From Tagaea sp. (GTDB lineage Bacteria > Pseudomonadota > Alphaproteobacteria > CACIAM-22H2): 64,000 nt of DNA. Positions within the stretch are counted from its first letter, which is position 1. Every line of letters starts with the position of its first letter. Under the pieces are notes generated by a model that saw only the letters and a list, made by a program, of their open reading frames with translations, was not told where the DNA came from and did no database searches. The stretch lies in the NCBI GenBank assembly GCA_965279525.1, contig CBDIIB010000003.1, positions 96,001 to 160,000 of the forward strand, written 5' to 3'. The translations under genes were made by a program, and so were the position numbers. This document shows, piece by piece, positions 18,817 to 26,484 of this stretch.

Positions 18817-20087
18817 TAGCGCCAGGTCCCGCGCTCGCCGTCCCGGCATGCGACGACGTTATAGGTCTGCCCGCCATAGGCCATCTCCGCGAGCTGGCAG
18901 CCCGGCCGTCCGGTGACTGGCCCCAGGACCCGGACCCAGTCGCTGCCACCCGCCGCAACACGCCGGTCCGGCTCTGCGGCGGCGCGGGTCAGGGCCGCCT
19001 GGAACGAGTCCGGGGTCGGTGAGGGGCGCGGGGCGGCTGCGGTCGCGATTGCCGGTCGCGGGACGACGGACGGTTGAGCCGTCGTCTGCTGCGAGGGTGG
19101 CCGACCGATCCAGTAGATCGCGGCCATGGCGACCGCGAGACCAATCCCGGCCCGCTTCAGCCAGCGGCCGGTTCTGGGCTTCGGCCTTGGGGAGGCGGCT
19201 GTCGCCGGGAACGACAGGCGCCGGCGAACCTCCTCGATCGAGATCGGCTGCCGGTCGAGGGGTGGCTCGCCGTCCTCGCGCGGCGGGGCGACTGTAAAGC
19301 CCGTCAAGGACGACCGGTGCGGATCGAGGATCGGGATCTCGATCGGCGCGCCAGGACCCGGCTGCACATCGAGCTCGCCGACGATCCATTCTCGCAGGCG
19401 CTTGACCTCCTCTGCTCCCCCAAAGCGCCGACCGCGGCCGGGCCTGGCGAGTTCGTCGGCGACCAGGGCCCAAATCCCATGCTGGGCAAGGTCCTCGGCG
19501 AAGACGATCCGGGCGAAGTCCCGGCCGGGTGCGTCGAGACGGGCGAGCAGGTTCTGGTCGACGATCCCCCGGGACGTATGGGGGAAGACCAGCATTTGGG
19601 CGATCTGGCCGCCGAATGCCACACCGGTCATGGCCTGGGCGGTCACGTCGAAGGTCTCGGCAAGGCGGTAGAGCTGGGCCGGCATCACGTGCCCGCCGGT
19701 CGGGCGGCCGGATCGCGTCTCATGTGCCCAGCGCACGCTCGGCCCCGGCCGGCTGTTGACCCGGACGATGCCGCCCTTGACCTCGAGCAGGGCAAGACCG
19801 TGCGGGGTCATTGCGACGAAGTCCGCTTCGAGGCGGTGGGTCGCGGAAAGGGGCAGGGGCATGGAATAGGCCGCGAAGCCGGCCATCTCCGGCGAATCCC
19901 AGAGGAGCGACTCGTAGACAAGCCGTTCCCCGTCGTGCTGCGGCTCGCCGAGGACCACCGGCATCGGCCAGGGTGCGATCCGGAGCATCTCGGGGCGGCC
20001 AGTTGGCCGAGATGCAGGTTCGGTCTCGACGCCCGGGTTGAAGCGGATTCCGCGGGAGCGCCAGTACGCCAGATCGCCGCTGGACAT
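18813..20087 (-). CDS. NERD (PD-(D/E)xK) nuclease-domain protein with TM helix and C-terminal extracytoplasmic domain
   Basis: GERLVY, EADFV..TPHGLALLEVKGG, PAQ and LVFP NERD motifs; TM segment AGIGLAVAMAAIYWIG preceded by basic residues; C-terminal GC...ACR..GTW. GAGG RBS. Confidence 0.8.
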   Translation of the reverse strand: MSSGDLAYWRSRGIRFNPGVETEPASRPTGRPEMLRIAPWPMPVVLGEPQHDGERLVYESLLWDSPEMAGFAAYSMPLPLSATHRLEADFVAMTPHGLALLEVKGGIVRVNSRPGPSVRWAHETRSGRPTGGHVMPAQLYRLAETFDVTAQAMTGVAFGGQIAQMLVFPHTSRGIVDQNLLARLDAPGRDFARIVFAEDLAQHGIWALVADELARPGRGRRFGGAEEVKRLREWIVGELDVQPGPGAPIEIPILDPHRSSLTGFTVAPPREDGEPPLDRQPISIEEVRRRLSFPATAASPRPKPRTGRWLKRAGIGLAVAMAAIYWIGRPPSQQTTAQPSVVPRPAIATAAAPRPSPTPDSFQAALTRAAAEPDRRVAAGGSDWVRVLGPVTGRPGCQLAEMAYGGQTYNVVACRDGERGTWRY

Positions 20088-20105
20088 GTCGCCTCATACG
20101 ATTGA

Positions 20106-20141
20106 AGTATTAAGCATACTCTTTATTAAGTATACTTAATA
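20106..20141. promoter_or_regulatory. Tandem operator in the divergent NERD/XRE promoter
   Basis: Perfect 18-bp palindrome TATTAAGTATACTTAATA (20124-20141) plus the related copy TATTAAGCATACT (20108-20120), in an AT-rich 63-bp gap. Confidence 0.7.
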
Positions 20142-20174
20142 GAAACGCGAATGCCAACGGGTTTCCCTCGCGGT

Positions 20175-20405
20175 ATGAAAGCGCGGGAAATTCTTGCGAA
20201 AAACATGCGACGGCTCCGCGCCGAACGCAGGATGTCCCAGGAGAAGCTCGGCTTCGAGGCCGAGATCTCGACGAGTTACGTGAGTCTGATCGAGTCTGAA
20301 AAGTATGCCGCCTCGATCGATGTGCTCGAAGGCATTGCCAAGGCTTTAAAGGTCACGTTGGGCGAGCTATTGGCTGAGCCGACCAAGACGCGCCGCTCGA
20401 AGTAG
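20175..20405 (+). CDS. Small XRE/HTH_3 regulator resembling restriction-modification controller (C) proteins
   Basis: LAKNMRRLRAERRMSQEKLG.EAEIS.SYVSLIE.....SIDVLE.IAKALKV...ELL. Alternative start 20151. Confidence 0.85.
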   Translation: MKAREILAKNMRRLRAERRMSQEKLGFEAEISTSYVSLIESEKYAASIDVLEGIAKALKVTLGELLAEPTKTRRSK

Positions 20406-20415
20406 CGCGCAAATC

Positions 20416-21381
20416 CTACCCGGATTCCTTTTTCCGCCGCGTTCGCGGCTTTGATTCATCCGAAGGCGCGTGCTTCGTTGATCTGACCGGCTCTTCCGGC
20501 CTTCCATCATTTGCAAGAATGCGGCGTAGACAGTCCGCTGCAGCTTGCCCCTTGAGCGCACGCCGCCACATTTCGTCGATCGACTTTTCGTGAAGATTAA
20601 TAGCATCCGGGGCGGAAGTGATCGTGGCGACACCCACTCGAATATTCGGCTCGCTGCCAAGTCGGAACGGGCTGAGGACCAGCAGCTTCCGGTCGGGTTG
20701 CCTGAACAGCTGGAAGCCTGTGAATGGCAGCGTATCCGTAACGATTCCGACCTGAATGCCGATCGGATGTTGGTCGATGAGTGCCGCAAAATGCTGAATC
20801 TCGGCCCGTGCCAGTTGCTTCCGCTTTTGGGCTTCTGCTTCTGGCAATCCTGCACGGCCGATGAATCCGTGATGCAGGAAGCGCTCGATCTCCAGTGCCG
20901 ACATCATGTTCACGATCGTCGGACGGCGGCGGCGATAGAGCTCTTTGCGCTCGCGCAGGATCTCGATGATCTGCTTGATGTCGCTCAATGCCTGGGTCTT
21001 GCTTTCGACCGTGCTCCCGATGTTCTCCGTGAGCACATCCAGGAGGGTCGGAAGGAAATTTTCGGATCCGAGCAGAAACGAAATCGGCCCGGACAGGACG
21101 ACGATATGCTCCGCCGTCTCTTCGATCTGGCGCAGCCGCTCGAAGTATCCGACCGCCGACGGGATGTACTCGATCCCGACGCCGAGCAGCGTCGGAATGG
21201 ACACGCCGAGCAATTCGGCGAGTCGCTCCAGCGTTTCGATTTTGGCGAGCTCGCCCTTCTCGAACCGATACAGCGCCGTACGGGAAATGCCGAGTTGTTT
21301 GGCAATCTCGTCGGCGCTCAAACCGGATCCCATCCGATAGGCTTTGAGCCGATTTCCAATATCGTCGTAGCGTAGTGACAT
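20416..21381 (-). CDS. XRE-family HTH regulator with large C-terminal (putative ligand-binding) domain
   Basis: IGNRLKAYRMGSGLSADEIAKQLGISRTALYRFEKGE..IETLERLAELLGV followed by a ~250-aa globular domain. Confidence 0.85.
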   Translation of the reverse strand: MSLRYDDIGNRLKAYRMGSGLSADEIAKQLGISRTALYRFEKGELAKIETLERLAELLGVSIPTLLGVGIEYIPSAVGYFERLRQIEETAEHIVVLSGPISFLLGSENFLPTLLDVLTENIGSTVESKTQALSDIKQIIEILRERKELYRRRRPTIVNMMSALEIERFLHHGFIGRAGLPEAEAQKRKQLARAEIQHFAALIDQHPIGIQVGIVTDTLPFTGFQLFRQPDRKLLVLSPFRLGSEPNIRVGVATITSAPDAINLHEKSIDEMWRRALKGQAAADCLRRILANDGRPEEPVRSTKHAPSDESKPRTRRKKESG

Positions 21382-21532
21382 TCTGTCGTCGCGTCGCTTG
21401 GCTGTTTGAAAACTCTGGACCGGCTCGGCGGTTGAGAAGCCGTCAGAAAGGCTGCATACCCAAGTCCATGCTACCATGCAATGTGCAATTGGACACCTGC
21501 CGGTCAGGGCCTCCGGCGGACATCCGCTTGGC

Positions 21533-22633
21533 CTATTTGTGGCCGGCCTTCCGTTCCTGCGCGTAGCGCGCGAGCGCCAAATAGCGGTAGAGGCCGTGAA
21601 CGAACTTGCTGTAGGGCAATGTCAGGAAAAGCCCGAAAACCACGCCCAAATGGATGGCGAGCAAGATGCCCATCGCAGGGGTTTCCCTCAGAACCAGAAG
21701 CGCCAGCCCGGTCAGGCTCGTCATGAACAGCATCGCGATGAATGCCGTATCCATGCCTCTCAAGTTCCCGTCCTGGGTCGTCGGCTCCCTTTTGGACTTC
21801 TCCAGCAGAAGCCCTGCCGGGCCGATGAGAAGGCCGAGGCCTCCCAGGGTTCCGAGTACGACGGGCAGGTCGTACCAAGGGTAGGGCGCCTCCATTCCGA
21901 GCAGGTAATGATAGAGCGTGGCCGACGAGGTCGACGCGAGGCAGAGCAGGAATCCGTATAGCGTAAAGTGGTGAAAGAGCCGCCTGTTGTCGCTCTTCGA
22001 CTCGCCGCCATCATGGCAGCCGGCGCCACCACCGCCGAGATGGCGAAGTGTGGCGGCATCATGTCCCGCTTTCGCGTAGGCGCTGGCGTCTGCAGCTATC
22101 CCTTCGCTCCAGAAGGCACGAAGGCCCATCGCGAGTGCCAACAAAGCGTACAAGAACGCAGCACCGAATATCAGAACCATCGTGTTGTGGGGCATCAGCT
22201 TGTAGAAGGCGCCCGGCCCGATATGCGTGCCGAAGAGCGTGCCCGGAGCCGTCCAAGCCACGAAACCGGCGATGAATCCCGCGAGGCTCAGTGCTGCAAC
22301 GAGCGCAATCACGAACCCGTTGCGCTCGAACAGGCGACCTGAGCCAGGTGGCCAAGCGTAATGGGCATACGACTCGACGCGCAATTGAGCCATCACCTTG
22401 GGGACGTTGACGTTGAATTCATGCGGTGGCGCGAACTGACAATCGTCGAAGCATGCGCCGCAGCCATGGCAAAGGTTTGCAAAGTACCGCAGATCGCCGG
22501 ATGTGAAGCTTCTGCGCATCTCCATCGCAGGAAATACCGCACACAGGCCTTCGCAATAGCGGCAGGAGTTGCAGATCACCATCAGGCGATCCGCTTCCAT
22601 GAGTGTGGGTGTCATCGTTTCAGTTGCTTGCAC
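21533..22633 (-). CDS. tcuB: Tricarballylate utilization 4Fe-4S membrane protein TcuB (CitB family)
   Basis: ICNSCRYCEGLCAVFPAME, ANLCHGCGACFDDCQFAPPHEF, several TM helices, LPYSKFVHGLYR. Confidence 0.9.
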   Translation of the reverse strand: MQATETMTPTLMEADRLMVICNSCRYCEGLCAVFPAMEMRRSFTSGDLRYFANLCHGCGACFDDCQFAPPHEFNVNVPKVMAQLRVESYAHYAWPPGSGRLFERNGFVIALVAALSLAGFIAGFVAWTAPGTLFGTHIGPGAFYKLMPHNTMVLIFGAAFLYALLALAMGLRAFWSEGIAADASAYAKAGHDAATLRHLGGGGAGCHDGGESKSDNRRLFHHFTLYGFLLCLASTSSATLYHYLLGMEAPYPWYDLPVVLGTLGGLGLLIGPAGLLLEKSKREPTTQDGNLRGMDTAFIAMLFMTSLTGLALLVLRETPAMGILLAIHLGVVFGLFLTLPYSKFVHGLYRYLALARYAQERKAGHK

Positions 22634-24029
22634 GCTTGGCGGCCTCCCGACCTGCGATGCGACCGAACACGCTTCCGATCGTCATTCCGATGCCGGCCGC
22701 ATAGCCTTTTCCAAGGACGTTTCCAGCCATGATCTCGCCGGCAGCGAACATGTTCGCGGACGGCTTTCCGTCCTGCATGAGGATGCGGGCGTTCCTGTCG
22801 ACCTTCGTGCCGAGATACGTAAAGGTTATGCCCGGCCGGACCGGATAGGCATAAAACGGTGGCGTCACGAGAGTACGCGCCCAATGGCTTTTCGCCGGCG
22901 ACAGGCCTTCGGTGCGGCAGTCGTCCAGGACGGTCGAGTCGAACGCTCCCGGGTGAACCGCCGAATTGAAGTCGTTTATCGTCTTCTCCAAGGCGGCCGG
23001 ATCGAGTTCCAGCTTTCCGGCCAACTCCGCGATCGTCTGCCCTTCAATGGCAGGAAACAGAGAAGGCATGAACAGGGTGGACGAACTCTTGTCGAAAACT
23101 ATGTAGGCGATCTGATCGGGTTGCGCCGCCACGAGCCGGCCCCAAACCGCGTAGCGTTTGGGCCAGAAGTCCTCGCCTTCGTCATAGAAACGCTGTGCGA
23201 GCTTGTTGACGACAATGCCGAAGACGACGCAGTCAAGCCGAGTGATGATGCCGCCATCGAATTTCGGCGCACGAGCATCGATCGCGACCGCATGGCATTG
23301 TGTTGGATCGCCGACCGTGTGTGCGCCGGCATCCAGCAGCATCTTCAGCACCGTTCCACGATTATATGGCGTGCCGCGGATCAGGAAATTGTCCGCCGGC
23401 GGTCCCCAATACTGTTTCAGCCATTCGATATTGGCCTCGAATCCACCAGCCGCAGCGACCAGCGTTCTTGCGCGGATCTTCTTTGTCTTGGTGTCCTGCT
23501 TCACGTGGGCGGCGAGGAACATGCCGTCTCTTATCTCGATGCCGACGACTTCGGCGTCGTAGAGCACTTCGACGCCCAAGCCTTCGCCGGTCCTATAAAG
23601 CGAATTCAGCATCGCTCTGCCGCCGCCGAGGAAGAAAGAATTTGTCCTGCCCAAGCTCAGGGTTCCGCCGAGCGACGGCTGGAAGCGGACACCCTGTTCG
23701 GCGATCCAGGAGAGCATCTCCTTGGATTCGTGGATCATGTGTTTGGCGAGTTCCTCGTCGGTCTGGCCGCCCGTAACTTGGTGGAGGTCGGTCCAGAACT
23801 CTTCCTCGGAATATGGTCCGGTAAGCGTGTCGGTTGCGGAGTCGTGCGCGCATCGCATGTTGCGCGTATGTCTGGTGTTGCCGCCCCTGTAGAATTTTGG
23901 CGCGGCCTCGAGGACAAGGACTGTGGCGCCGCCACGTCGCGCGCTGATTGCCGCACACATCGCTGCATTGCCACCCCCTACGATGAGCACGTCGTACATG
24001 CGCTGTGACTGATCCGATACGATGGTCAA
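22620..24029 (-). CDS. tcuA: FAD-dependent tricarballylate dehydrogenase TcuA (CobZ-related)
   Basis: YDVLIVGGGNAAMCAAI, RGGNTRHTRNMRCAH, FQPSLGGTLSLGRTNSFFLGGGRA, QCHAVAIDARAPKFDGGI. GGGAGG RBS before TTG 24029. Confidence 0.92.
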   Translation of the reverse strand: MTIVSDQSQRMYDVLIVGGGNAAMCAAISARRGGATVLVLEAAPKFYRGGNTRHTRNMRCAHDSATDTLTGPYSEEEFWTDLHQVTGGQTDEELAKHMIHESKEMLSWIAEQGVRFQPSLGGTLSLGRTNSFFLGGGRAMLNSLYRTGEGLGVEVLYDAEVVGIEIRDGMFLAAHVKQDTKTKKIRARTLVAAAGGFEANIEWLKQYWGPPADNFLIRGTPYNRGTVLKMLLDAGAHTVGDPTQCHAVAIDARAPKFDGGIITRLDCVVFGIVVNKLAQRFYDEGEDFWPKRYAVWGRLVAAQPDQIAYIVFDKSSSTLFMPSLFPAIEGQTIAELAGKLELDPAALEKTINDFNSAVHPGAFDSTVLDDCRTEGLSPAKSHWARTLVTPPFYAYPVRPGITFTYLGTKVDRNARILMQDGKPSANMFAAGEIMAGNVLGKGYAAGIGMTIGSVFGRIAGREAAKRASN

Positions 24030-24078
24030 ATGGCCTCCCGAAACCTGTCGCCCTGTCCAGTCGAACAAGTGTTTATAT

Positions 24079-24096
24079 TGTACGAAAATTGGAACA
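24079..24096. promoter_or_regulatory. Island operator motif copy (TGTACG-AAAATT-GGAACA)
   Basis: 18-bp pseudo-palindrome in the tcuA/deacetylase divergent region, matching copies elsewhere in the island. Confidence 0.7.
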
Positions 24097-24163
24097 CAGT
24101 AAACGCGCTTTAGAATGTCGATGGAGAAGCTCAATTCATAAGGACTTGCCGGGAATATCGGAA

Positions 24164-24181
24164 TGTAGCAAAATTGGCACA
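24164..24181. promoter_or_regulatory. Island operator motif copy (TGTAGC-AAAATT-GGCACA)
   Basis: Overlaps a candidate -10 (CAAAAT 24169-24174) located 17 bp after TTGCCG (24146-24151). Confidence 0.65.
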
Positions 24182-24253
24182 GCACTGGTAGATCGATCAT
24201 CGCGACTCAAGGGGCGTATGGGCATGTTTCCGGATTGTCAGGCTTAGGGGGCG

Positions 24254-25162
24254 GTGATGAAGTTGCCGCACCATGGTCGCTTCGACTATTCGCCGATCTT
24301 CGAGCGGCGGAACTTCGACTGGCCGGACGGCAAACGGCTGGCCTTCTATCTTGCGCTCAACATCGAGGATTTCGCGTTCGGCGGAACGATGGGGCATACG
24401 CCGACGTCGCTCGGCCCGCCGCCGGATCCGCGGAACTATGCCTGGCGTGAATACGGACTTCGCGTCGGAATCTGGCGCATTTTCGATCTGGCAGACGAGT
24501 TGGCGCTGCCGATGTGCCATTTGATCAACTCCAGTGTCTACGACCGATGCCCGCAAATCGGTGAGCGCATCAGCGCGCGAAAGGACGAGATTGTCGGGCA
24601 CGGGCGCACCAATTCGGAACGCCAGGGCGATCTGGATGAGGTGAATGAGGCGCGGCTTATCCGGGAGGCAACCGAAGGGTTGGCGCGCGGGCAGGGCGTG
24701 CGGCCGGAAGGCTGGATGGGGCCGTGGATTTCCGAAACCGCCGTGACGCCTGATCTGCTGAAAGAGGCCGGTTACAGCTATCTGCTCGACTGGCCGGCTG
24801 ACGATCAGCCTTTCTGGATGCGCACGCGTTCCGGTCCGATTCTTTCGGTGCCCTATCCGATCGAGATTAACGACAGCCCGACGATGCTGAGTCGCATGCA
24901 ATCGGCAACCGATTTCGGGCAGATGATCACCGATCAATTCGATACGATGCTGGGCTTCGCGGAAAAGGCACCATTAGTCTGCGGCATCTCCCTTCATACG
25001 TTCGTTGTCGGGCAGCCGTTTCGCTACGCTCAGCTTCGCAAGGCGCTTCTCCATATAGTCAATCACCCGCTTCGAGACAGAGTCTGGTTCACGCGACCAG
25101 GCGAAATCGCAGCGTACGCACGCTCACTGCCGCCTGGAACAATCGTTGGCAATGGGCCCTGA
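24254..25162 (+). CDS. Polysaccharide deacetylase family protein (PuuE/allantoinase-like)
   Basis: WPDGKRLA..LNIE, YAWREYGLRVGIWR, EIVGHG, P.GWMGP, DW..DDQPFW, ISLH.FVVGQPFR. Confidence 0.88.
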   Translation: MMKLPHHGRFDYSPIFERRNFDWPDGKRLAFYLALNIEDFAFGGTMGHTPTSLGPPPDPRNYAWREYGLRVGIWRIFDLADELALPMCHLINSSVYDRCPQIGERISARKDEIVGHGRTNSERQGDLDEVNEARLIREATEGLARGQGVRPEGWMGPWISETAVTPDLLKEAGYSYLLDWPADDQPFWMRTRSGPILSVPYPIEINDSPTMLSRMQSATDFGQMITDQFDTMLGFAEKAPLVCGISLHTFVVGQPFRYAQLRKALLHIVNHPLRDRVWFTRPGEIAAYARSLPPGTIVGNGP

Positions 25163-25340
25163 GCGTCGCTTTCGAATTGGGTTGCCAGGGACGCGGCTCG
25201 AACAGAAGTAGCCTTTTAGTGTTTTTATTAATTCAGATTAAATCTATTAATATCAAATATTTATAAATATATTATTTGTGTGATGGTATGCCAAAAATGA
25301 ATCGCGTAAGCTAAGGCAAATCAGGGAAGGAAAAAGACAC

Positions 25341-26375
25341 ATGACCACAGTTCAGACCGCAGCCGCGGCACAGGCAAGCCCGACAACGAAGCTGAGCGAG
25401 GAAGAAGAACTCAGGCTGATGGACTATCCGGACTCCAAAGAGGAGATCCCGGTTCTCGACATGTCTCCGTACCTGATGGGCGAGCCGGGCGGGCGCGAAC
25501 GCGTCGCGGCACAGCTAAAGGAAATCACCGAGACGATCGGCTTCTTCTATCTGAAGGGGCACAGTATTCCCGAAGAACTCGTCCAGCAGGTCTTCGCTGA
25601 ATCGCGGCGCTTCCATACGCTCCCGTCCGAAGTGAAAGATCGGGTGCCGTATGTGGACGTCGACAGTCACAAGACGGGCTATCAGGGTGGTGGTGAGGAA
25701 CGATCCAACCGCGCCAACGTCAACATCATCAAGGATGCGAAGACGAATCTCTATTCGAAGTTCACGATCATCCGGGAGACAGACCCGAAGGTCGAGCGCA
25801 ACGTTTGGCCGGAAAATCTGCCAGGCTTCAAGGACGTCGTGCTCAAGTACCAGGCGGCCGCAGAGCGATTGGGCAAAGAGTTTCTCCCGCTTTGGGCAAC
25901 GGCGCTGAAGCTTCCCTTGGACTTCTTCGATAAGTTTTTCGAAGTGCCGCACGTAAATCTCTCGCTGCTGCACTACCCGCCGCAGAAGGTGATCGGCGAC
26001 CGGCAGTACGGCATCGCGCCCCATACGGACAACTCCTTGATGACGTTCCTCGCTCAGGCGAACGTGTCCGGGCTTGCCGTGCGGATGCCGTCCGGACACT
26101 GGCGCTTGGTTGAAGCCATTCCTGGTACGTTGCTCGTCAATACCGGCAACCTCATCGTCCGCTGGTCAAACGATCAGTTCCTTTCGACGAAGCACCGGGT
26201 GATCAATACGAACAATGTTGATCGCTACTCGATCCCGGTATTCTTCGGCCCCAGCGCCGACGCCCTTATCGAAGTTTTGCCGACCTGCCGGGGGCCGAAC
26301 AATCCCCCCAACCCCAAGTACAAGCCGATTACGTATCGGGATCTCCGCAAGTGGTACTACGGATACGCCGAGTAA
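25341..26375 (+). CDS. 2-oxoglutarate/Fe(II) oxygenase, isopenicillin N synthase family
   Basis: IPVLD, GFFYLKGH, N.WP, HYPP, HTD...KHRV facial triad and RYS 2OG-binding motif. Confidence 0.92.
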   Translation: MTTVQTAAAAQASPTTKLSEEEELRLMDYPDSKEEIPVLDMSPYLMGEPGGRERVAAQLKEITETIGFFYLKGHSIPEELVQQVFAESRRFHTLPSEVKDRVPYVDVDSHKTGYQGGGEERSNRANVNIIKDAKTNLYSKFTIIRETDPKVERNVWPENLPGFKDVVLKYQAAAERLGKEFLPLWATALKLPLDFFDKFFEVPHVNLSLLHYPPQKVIGDRQYGIAPHTDNSLMTFLAQANVSGLAVRMPSGHWRLVEAIPGTLLVNTGNLIVRWSNDQFLSTKHRVINTNNVDRYSIPVFFGPSADALIEVLPTCRGPNNPPNPKYKPITYRDLRKWYYGYAE

Positions 26376-26396
26376 GCGTTCTGCGTCAGGGCAGCG

Positions 26397-26432
26397 TCGC
26401 GGATGGCTCCGGCAAGTTGGGGCTGTCCGCGA
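26397..26432. terminator. Hairpin between convergent oxygenase and amidase genes
   Basis: TCGCGGA-TGGCTCC ... GGGGCTG-TCCGCGA stem with G:U pairs. Confidence 0.5.
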
Positions 26433-26484
26433 TCTACCTGAACGGTCCGTGTACTTGGACGGGATGGCCGCACGAAAGGACCGA

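Noticed and set aside
20175-20405. Classical type II restriction-modification system implied by the C-like protein
   Set aside because: No DNA methyltransferase motifs nearby, and the nuclease gene is divergent rather than downstream.
22620-24029. cobZ (precorrin-3B synthase)
   Set aside because: No cobalamin genes in the window, and the split A/B arrangement matches tcuAB.
24175-24190. Sigma-54 promoters suggested by TGGCAC (also 50038 and CGGCAC at 46354)
   Set aside because: No TTGC at the -12 position; GGCAC is the right arm of the island operator motif.
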